Shown piece by piece: positions 57,638 to 64,000 of a DNA stretch of 64,000 bases (its first letter is position 1; each line of letters opens with the position of its first letter). The notes under the pieces are model-generated. The model did not search any database. It was not told the DNA's origin and saw only the letters and a program-made list of their open reading frames with translations. The stretch covers positions 1,675 through 65,674 of the forward strand of contig JAAYPM010000016.1 in assembly GCA_012519815.1 (NCBI GenBank). Direction: 5' to 3'. This stretch comes from Bacteroidales bacterium (GTDB taxonomy: Bacteria > Bacteroidota > Bacteroidia > Bacteroidales > UBA1715). A program made the translations under genes and the position numbers.

Positions 57638-59437
57638 TTACTTATTTTGTTGGTACAACCATGCCGAATTTTGCATTTGTAATTTTTTATACGCAGGTGA
57701 AGGAGAGTGAATAAATTCTCCTATTTTATATTCGTCCCAACGTGTATCAACCTGAGCAATTGTGGTGTCGAGTGATACAACTGGTGTGGGCCAATCGCGT
57801 TGTGTTGTATCGGCATGTTTTGTGGTTCCATCAAAAATAAAATACCCATCTTGAATTGTACAATCGCGGAGTGGGTCGCAATTATTAAGAGTGTGCCACA
57901 CTATTGTTTCTGTATCGCTTGCATCAATAACAGCATCATGCAGAATTATATAACGAGTTTGAGGATTTTTGGCAATATATTCTTGTGCAATTTGTTGTCG
58001 CTTTGCATAATCTTCGGCAGCAATAGCAACACACATATATGTTTGATGAGGATTTTTATTTTTAGCCTCTTCTGATAATTTTGTAGTTGCATCAATGCAT
58101 AATTTACTCCCGTATCCAACATGCGGTGCGGCATGGTCGAGCACGTCAAGCGGTCCTTTTAATATATACATATCGTTTTCTGGAGCAGCATGAGTAAGAA
58201 CTGCTGTAATTATTTCAGCATTTTTTGTAATATCACACTGTTCGTCAACAAGTAATAAAACTTTATTAAACATCATTTGTCCCGCTCCCCACAATGTATT
58301 CATAACTTTTATTGCTTGTCCAGCAAATGTTTTTTTAATTTTTACAATTACTAAATTATGGGCAACACCCGCAAATGGCATGGTATAATCAATAATTTCG
58401 GGGGCTAATAAAAATTTAATTGGTGCTAAAAAAATTCGTTCAATTGCTTTTCCAATCCACGCATCTTCCATAGGCGGAATACCTACAATTGTAGTTGGAT
58501 ACACTGCATTTTTTCTATGGGTAATACAAGTAATATGAAAAAAAGGATATAAATCGGGTAAAGAATAAAATCCAGTATGGTCGCCAAAAGGTCCTTCCAT
58601 AAACATATCTTCCTGTGTGTCAACATATCCTTCAATAATAAAATCGGCATCAGCAGGCACATATATATCATTGGTAATACATTTCACAAGTTCCACCTTT
58701 TTTTTGCGTAAAAATCCCGAAAGCATAAATTCATCAATATTTTCGGGAAGTGGAGCAGTTGCAGAAAATGTATGTGCAGGGTCGCCCCCTATTGCCACCG
58801 ACACGGGCATTACACGCTTTAACTTTTTATATGCATTATAATGATTCGCTCCTGTTTTATGTAAATGCCAATGCATTCCGGTTGTGTTTTTATCATATAC
58901 TTGCATGCGATACATACCCACGTTTCGCGTTCCCGTTTCGGGATGATGCGTTATTACCATAGGGAGTGTTATAAATCTCCCTGCATCGTAGGGCCAGCAA
59001 TGAAGTATTGGCAAAGCATCAAGGTTGGGTGTTTCCATAACACATTCTTGACATGCTCCTTTTCCTGAACGTGTTTTAGGTATCCACGATTGCATTTCTG
59101 CAAGTAATGGAAGCATTTTAAGTGCGTCCCGTATTCCGGATTTTGGAGATGATATATGCGAAAAAAGAGATTCAATACGTATTCGAATATCATCAAGAGA
59201 ATCGGTTCCTAACGCTATATTTATTCGTGATTCGGAGCCAAAAGCATTAATAAGTACTGGAAATTTTGTTCCTGTTTGTGTAAAAAGTATGGCTTTATTT
59301 TTTGCAGATGTTTGTTTCGAAAATCTATCGGTAATTTCGGTAATTTCTAAATATGTGGATACAGGTGTGTCGCACACAATAAGTTCTTGGTGCTCTTGCA
59401 AAGTTTGTATAAAATCAGAAATATTCGCAAATGCCAT
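57638..59437 (-). CDS. UbiD-family (prenyl-FMN-dependent) decarboxylase, menaquinone/ubiquinone-type
   Basis: 599 aa. ...NVGMYRMQV..., ...HWHLHKTGA..., GGDPA..., typical of UbiD-family proteins. Confidence 0.85.
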   Translation of the reverse strand: MAFANISDFIQTLQEHQELIVCDTPVSTYLEITEITDRFSKQTSAKNKAILFTQTGTKFPVLINAFGSESRINIALGTDSLDDIRIRIESLFSHISSPKSGIRDALKMLPLLAEMQSWIPKTRSGKGACQECVMETPNLDALPILHCWPYDAGRFITLPMVITHHPETGTRNVGMYRMQVYDKNTTGMHWHLHKTGANHYNAYKKLKRVMPVSVAIGGDPAHTFSATAPLPENIDEFMLSGFLRKKKVELVKCITNDIYVPADADFIIEGYVDTQEDMFMEGPFGDHTGFYSLPDLYPFFHITCITHRKNAVYPTTIVGIPPMEDAWIGKAIERIFLAPIKFLLAPEIIDYTMPFAGVAHNLVIVKIKKTFAGQAIKVMNTLWGAGQMMFNKVLLLVDEQCDITKNAEIITAVLTHAAPENDMYILKGPLDVLDHAAPHVGYGSKLCIDATTKLSEEAKNKNPHQTYMCVAIAAEDYAKRQQIAQEYIAKNPQTRYIILHDAVIDASDTETIVWHTLNNCDPLRDCTIQDGYFIFDGTTKHADTTQRDWPTPVVSLDTTIAQVDTRWDEYKIGEFIHSPSPAYKKLQMQNSAWLYQQNK

Positions 59438-59445
59438 TGATACCG

Positions 59446-60969
59446 TTATTCTTCTTTATCATGAATAATATTAAGCATACGCACTGTTGCCTTAATAGCA
59501 GCAGCCGTTTGGTCAGAATCAAGTCCACGAGTTTTAAATGAACCAGAATCTGTTTCCCATGTAATAATTGATTCAACAAGTGCATCAGTTTTACCTCCCG
59601 GAGGAATAGTAACAATATAATCGGTTAAACGAGGAATGTTTACTTTTAAATGCGAATAAATTTTTTTGAGTGCATTCATTACCGCATCATATTGTCCATC
59701 TCCCGGACATGTTTCCTCGTATGTTTGTCCGTTTACTCGCAAACAAATAGTTGCAACAGGTTTTAATCCTTTTGCATGACACACATAATAATTATCAATA
59801 GATACTTTTTCTTCTTGATGCATTGTACCTAAAACTTCTCGAACTATATAGGGCAAATCTTCGGTTGTGATACTTTCTTTTTTGTCGCCTAATTCAACAA
59901 CTTTTTGGGTAACTAACACCATTTCATCATGATCGAGTTCAAGCCCAAGTTCTTGCAAGTTTTTTTCAATATTTGCTTTTCCTGATGTTTTGCCAAGTGC
60001 ATATTTTCGTACTCGTCCAAAACGTTCGGGCATTAAATCATTAAAATATAAATTACCTTTTTTATCTCCATCAGCATGTACACCCGCAGTTTGCGTAAAC
60101 ACATTACTGCCAATTATAGGCATATTTGCACCTACACGAATGCCCGAAATTGTTTCTACGAGTTTACTAATTTTATTAAGCTGCATTTCTTGCACCGTAG
60201 TTTGAATCTGCAGATGGTCGTGCAAACATGGGATAATACTTGACAATGCAGTATTTCCTGTACGTTCGCCCAAACCATTTACCGAAGTGTGAATACCATG
60301 AATTCCGGCACTTGCAGCAGCATTAGAATTTGCCACAGCAAGGTCATAATCATTATGTGCATGAAAATCAAAATGTATATGAGGAAATTTTTGAATGAGC
60401 TGTTTTACAAACACATACACTTCTTTCGGATATAAAATTCCAAGCGTATCGGGAAGCATAAATCGTTTAATTGATGTTTTACTCAATTCTGTAATTAATT
60501 GATCGATATATTCGGGAGAATGTCGCATGCCGTTAGACCAATCTTCTAAATAAATATTTGCCGAAATGCCTAAAGATTCAGCAATTTTCACATTCTCAAT
60601 TATATTAGCAATATGCTCTTTTGGCGTTTTTTTTAATTGTCCTTCAAGTTGCCGAATAGAACCTTTGCATAAAAAGTTTATCCATTTCCCTCCCGCATCA
60701 TGTATCCACTGTAATGACAAACCATTGTCAATAAATCCTAAAACCTCTATTTTATCAATATATTCATTCTCTTTTGCCCATGCCATAATTCGTTTTACAG
60801 AATTATATTCACCACTCGAAACACGTGCAGACGCTATTTCAATTCGTGATACTTTAACTTCTGTTAACAATTGTTTTGCAATAACTAATTTTTCTTTTTC
60901 AGTAAAAGCAACGCCATTCGTTTGTTCTCCATCACGAAGGGTTGTGTCCATTATTTCGATTGTTCTCAT
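59446..60969 (-). CDS. 2-isopropylmalate synthase / citramalate synthase family enzyme with LeuA-type C-terminal regulatory domain
   Basis: 507 aa. DTTLRDGEQ, HAHNDYDLAVANS, and a C-terminal LeuA-dimerisation-like region. I cannot tell LeuA from CimA by eye. Confidence 0.85.
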   Translation of the reverse strand: MRTIEIMDTTLRDGEQTNGVAFTEKEKLVIAKQLLTEVKVSRIEIASARVSSGEYNSVKRIMAWAKENEYIDKIEVLGFIDNGLSLQWIHDAGGKWINFLCKGSIRQLEGQLKKTPKEHIANIIENVKIAESLGISANIYLEDWSNGMRHSPEYIDQLITELSKTSIKRFMLPDTLGILYPKEVYVFVKQLIQKFPHIHFDFHAHNDYDLAVANSNAAASAGIHGIHTSVNGLGERTGNTALSSIIPCLHDHLQIQTTVQEMQLNKISKLVETISGIRVGANMPIIGSNVFTQTAGVHADGDKKGNLYFNDLMPERFGRVRKYALGKTSGKANIEKNLQELGLELDHDEMVLVTQKVVELGDKKESITTEDLPYIVREVLGTMHQEEKVSIDNYYVCHAKGLKPVATICLRVNGQTYEETCPGDGQYDAVMNALKKIYSHLKVNIPRLTDYIVTIPPGGKTDALVESIITWETDSGSFKTRGLDSDQTAAAIKATVRMLNIIHDKEE

Positions 60970-61149
60970 TTTCTATTTTTCTTGTATTCTTTTGATTAGA
61001 TTTTTATAGCAAACCTTACAAAAATCTTTACTTATTACTAAATACCATTCAAAAGTACTTTTTTTTTTAATATCAGAGGCGGTATTATGCGTTTGTTTCG
61101 CAAAATATTTTTGGTGAGTTTGTGTATAATGAAAAATTATAAGGTGAAA

Positions 61150-62373
61150 TTAATTATGTGCTATTGTTTCAAGCAATTGATTTTGGTAATCAAAAAAGCC
61201 AACCATAAAGTGAGGTACAATTTGCGAAATAAACACATGCGGTGAATTTGAGAGAAATACAATACCTATTTCTTTGTCGGCACAATATGCAATTTCTGCT
61301 CTGTATCCGTCAACATAACCACCATGTTGCACAACAATATTATTGTTTGTATTTAGTATTCGCCAGCCCAATCCATATCCTCTACTTGCAATATTTCCCC
61401 AATTTTTTTGCGTAATATATGGTATTTTTGTGTTCACATGCGAAACAGATGTTTCGGTAATAACATCTTGTGGAATTACTGTTTGATGCTTTCCCAACAA
61501 AGCTTGCAGCCATATACTCATGTCGGCAATACTTGCATTTACACCAGCAGCAGCTGTAACAGAATAATATCTATTATTTAATCGTATTGATGTATATCCT
61601 TTTGTTTTGTGTAATGAATGTGGATATGCAAAATTTCTACTGTCGATAAACTCTTCAAAACTGCTTGAAGCGTTATTCATACCAAGAGGTGCAAAAATAG
61701 AATCGTGTAAAAACTGCTTAGTTGTGGTGCCTAATTGTGCGTGAACAATTGTATCAAAAATACTGTACAGCGCATTTTGATAGGTATAAACTTTTCCAGG
61801 CATGGCTGTTATATTAGCATTACGCAAACTATGAAATATTGAATGGAATGAAGCTCCTGCTTCAATAGAAGGGTCAAAAGAATGTGCAACAACGCCTGTT
61901 GTATGACTTAAAATATGACGAAGAGTTATTTCTTGTTGATTTTTTGTTCGCTTTAATGAAAAATGTGGCAAATATGATATAACAGTAGTATCAATATTTA
62001 TAAGATTTTGTGCATGAAGTTTTGCTGCCAATATACCGGTAAATCCTTTTGAAACCGATGCAAGGCGAAATGCGGTGTGTACATCTACAGAGTCGGTTGT
62101 GCGGATTTTTTTTACGCCATATGGTTTTAATAAAACCACCTGCCCTTTGTACACAACAGCAACAGCGGCTCCTACTAAATGAGCTTGTTCAATTTTTTTA
62201 TGTAAAAAAAGTTCAAATGTATCTAAAAACGGAGCAATTTCAGCACGGTAGTCGATTATGTCTTCGCATACAATTTGCTCTTCGCTATGCTGTATGTTTT
62301 GAGGTTGTATAGTGTATCCTATAACGGCAATAAAAATAATTACAAATAATGGAATTATATGCGAAATTCTCAT
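61150..62373 (-). CDS. Serine hydrolase of the beta-lactamase / class C PBP-like family
   Basis: 407 aa. N-terminal TM/signal segment, SxxK (ASVSKGFTG), YxN (YQNALY), HGG near the C-terminus. Confidence 0.85.
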   Translation of the reverse strand: MRISHIIPLFVIIFIAVIGYTIQPQNIQHSEEQIVCEDIIDYRAEIAPFLDTFELFLHKKIEQAHLVGAAVAVVYKGQVVLLKPYGVKKIRTTDSVDVHTAFRLASVSKGFTGILAAKLHAQNLINIDTTVISYLPHFSLKRTKNQQEITLRHILSHTTGVVAHSFDPSIEAGASFHSIFHSLRNANITAMPGKVYTYQNALYSIFDTIVHAQLGTTTKQFLHDSIFAPLGMNNASSSFEEFIDSRNFAYPHSLHKTKGYTSIRLNNRYYSVTAAAGVNASIADMSIWLQALLGKHQTVIPQDVITETSVSHVNTKIPYITQKNWGNIASRGYGLGWRILNTNNNIVVQHGGYVDGYRAEIAYCADKEIGIVFLSNSPHVFISQIVPHFMVGFFDYQNQLLETIAHN

Positions 62374-62450
62374 AAAAACAAAATCAATTACAATGTATGC
62401 TTTATTATTTTAAACACATAATTATGCGAATATACTAAAAATCAAAATAT

Positions 62451-62482
62451 AAACTAAAAATAGGTTTTTTTATTTTTAGTTT
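62451..62482 (-). terminator. AT-rich perfect hairpin downstream of the flippase gene
   Basis: AAACTAAAAATA (62451-62462) pairs with TATTTTTAGTTT (62471-62482) around an 8-nt loop. T-rich flanks on both strands. Only one G:C pair, so the stem is weak. Confidence 0.45.
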
Positions 62483-62569
62483 TTTAAAATGTATCAGCAA
62501 ACAAGTCAAGAAAACAAAGAGTTTTGTGTGAAAAAGAAAAAACACTTTAATCACATGTTTTTCAATCAT

Positions 62570-64000
62570 TTAAACAAAATCATTTTTAAAGATTCTCAAT
62601 AAATCTTTAAACTTAAACAAACCAGTAACAAATGCTAATACTAATGAAACAGCGGCAATAAGTACAAGATTATAAATCCAATTTTCGAGCATTCCTTTTA
62701 AAAATGCATACGCTATGGTAACTAATAGTGTAAATAATATAAGCATAAGAAACGTGCGAGTATGAACTTGTAATTGGAATATTTTTTTCACAATAAATAC
62801 TTGACAAATTGCTATAAATGCAAGTGCACTAAAACTTGTAATTGCTGCTCCATAGGCTCCTAATCGAGGTATTATATATATATTACCAATAAAATTTATG
62901 CATAATCCAATGCTTGCAACTATGTTAAGTTGCTTTAAATTATTATTTGCTGTTAAAAGCGTACCAAAAATATATGAGGTAGCAATAGGAATAAATCCAA
63001 GAATAAGCACTTTAAATATATGTGTTGATTCGTCATAATGCTCATGATACATAAGATTCATAAGTTCCCAACCATAAAAAACAGTGCCTATAACAAACAC
63101 TAATGTTGGTACAATTATTACTAAAAATGATGTTTTTGTAAGCTCTGCAATAGATTCTTTTTGCTTTATCATTTTTGAAAACATAGGTAATAAAAGGCTG
63201 GCAAATAAGTATGCAAACATAGCAACTGCATCTAAAATTCTAAATGCTTGAGCATATATACCTGCCTGCAAAGCACCGTCAGGCAACATGTTTTCTATCA
63301 TAACCATATCCATACGAGTGTACATGCCCATAAGCAAAGTTAAAAGAGCATACGGATAACTTTGTTTTAAAATAAGCAGCAAAAAAACACGGTTACATTT
63401 TAGTTTAAACACCGTAATTTTTCGTAGCACTATAAAAAATGATATGCAACATGTTATAAAATATGCTATAGTTTGTGAATAAACGAACCATTCTATGGTA
63501 AATGATTCTCGTTTTGTAAGTAGCAAATAACCGCATAATACAATTAAAAGGGCACGGTCGGTAACCGAAATAACACTGTCGGTTTTATACATGTGTAAGC
63601 CCGAAATATTTGATCTAAAAAAAAGAATTAAGGATAGTAAAAACTGATTTGCTATAAGGAATGCAAAAAGATGCATTTTTTCATGACCAAACCCTAAAAA
63701 CATTCCAACAACAATGGCAATAATGGTATATAAAACTCCTAAAAATAGTTTAAGAACCATTGCATTTGAAAAGTATTTTTGTAAAAGTTGACTGTTTTGG
63801 GCTATGTTTCTATTGTTAAAATTAGCAATGCCCATATCAAGAAAGATATTAAACATAATGGTAAGACTAAAAAGCACGGCGTACATTCCGTAACTTTCTG
63901 TTCCCACCGTATTTTGCACTGTTCGGTCAATACCAAAAATCCAAAATGGTTTTATTAAAAGGTTCAAAAAAACCAGTAATCCTAAATTTATTATAAATGT
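62570..64000 (-). CDS. Polysaccharide biosynthesis/oligosaccharide flippase (MOP/Wzx-like), 5' end beyond window
   Basis: Polytopic, with about 12 hydrophobic segments. The frame stays open upstream of the listed TTG start up to nt 64000 (TFIINLGLLVFLNLLIKPFW...). Confidence 0.78.
   Translation of the reverse strand, partial: TFIINLGLLVFLNLLIKPFWIFGIDRTVQNTVGTESYGMYAVLFSLTIMFNIFLDMGIANFNNRNIAQNSQLLQKYFSNAMVLKLFLGVLYTIIAIVVGMFLGFGHEKMHLFAFLIANQFLLSLILFFRSNISGLHMYKTDSVISVTDRALLIVLCGYLLLTKRESFTIEWFVYSQTIAYFITCCISFFIVLRKITVFKLKCNRVFLLLILKQSYPYALLTLLMGMYTRMDMVMIENMLPDGALQAGIYAQAFRILDAVAMFAYLFASLLLPMFSKMIKQKESIAELTKTSFLVIIVPTLVFVIGTVFYGWELMNLMYHEHYDESTHIFKVLILGFIPIATSYIFGTLLTANNNLKQLNIVASIGLCINFIGNIYIIPRLGAYGAAITSFSALAFIAICQVFIVKKIFQLQVHTRTFLMLILFTLLVTIAYAFLKGMLENWIYNLVLIAAVSLVLAFVTGLFKFKDLLRIFKNDFV

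Overview
AT-rich, very gene-dense chromosomal segment that looks like a Bacteroidota genome. Evidence for that: type IX secretion (T9SS) components and CTD-bearing cargo, a gldA-like ABC ATPase, parA-parB-DUF5683 synteny, and repeated TTTG-N18/19-TAnnTTTG promoter motifs. I call about 45 protein genes and one tRNA-Leu(CAA). Most are housekeeping: metY (5' partial), lepA, ribD, prmC, an Mrp/ApbC-type ATPase, a lysA-like decarboxylase, metH, miaB, pyrE, metG, parAB, asd, rfbB, a leuA/cimA-family synthase and a UbiD-family decarboxylase. Cell-envelope genes include a nucleotide-sugar dehydrogenase, a NamZ-like DUF1343 protein, a LolC/E-like permease, a GT4 glycosyltransferase, an asnB-like amidotransferase, an MltD-like transglycosylase, an LD-carboxypeptidase, a GH3 hexosaminidase and a flippase (partial). 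I saw no rRNA, CRISPR array, transposase, integrase, phage gene or recognisable defence gene. The best candidate for an undescribed system is a three-gene same-strand cluster at 31.2-39.4 kb. It encodes a PorP/SprF-like barrel, a PorE-like TPR/beta-propeller/OmpA protein, and a 1638-aa C25 (gingipain/PorU-type) cysteine peptidase with CARDB domains and its own T9SS C-terminal domain. Other points worth a second look: an asnB-like gene interrupted by one in-frame TAA, a small Cys-rich lipoprotein gene split at an A10 tract, a 1532-aa PATR-repeat T9SS cargo protein with long intragenic DNA repeats, a propeller/Y_Y_Y sensor fused to a PP2C phosphatase, and head-to-head genes whose start codons overlap or abut. 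All functional calls rest on motifs read by eye from the translations; no database search was run.
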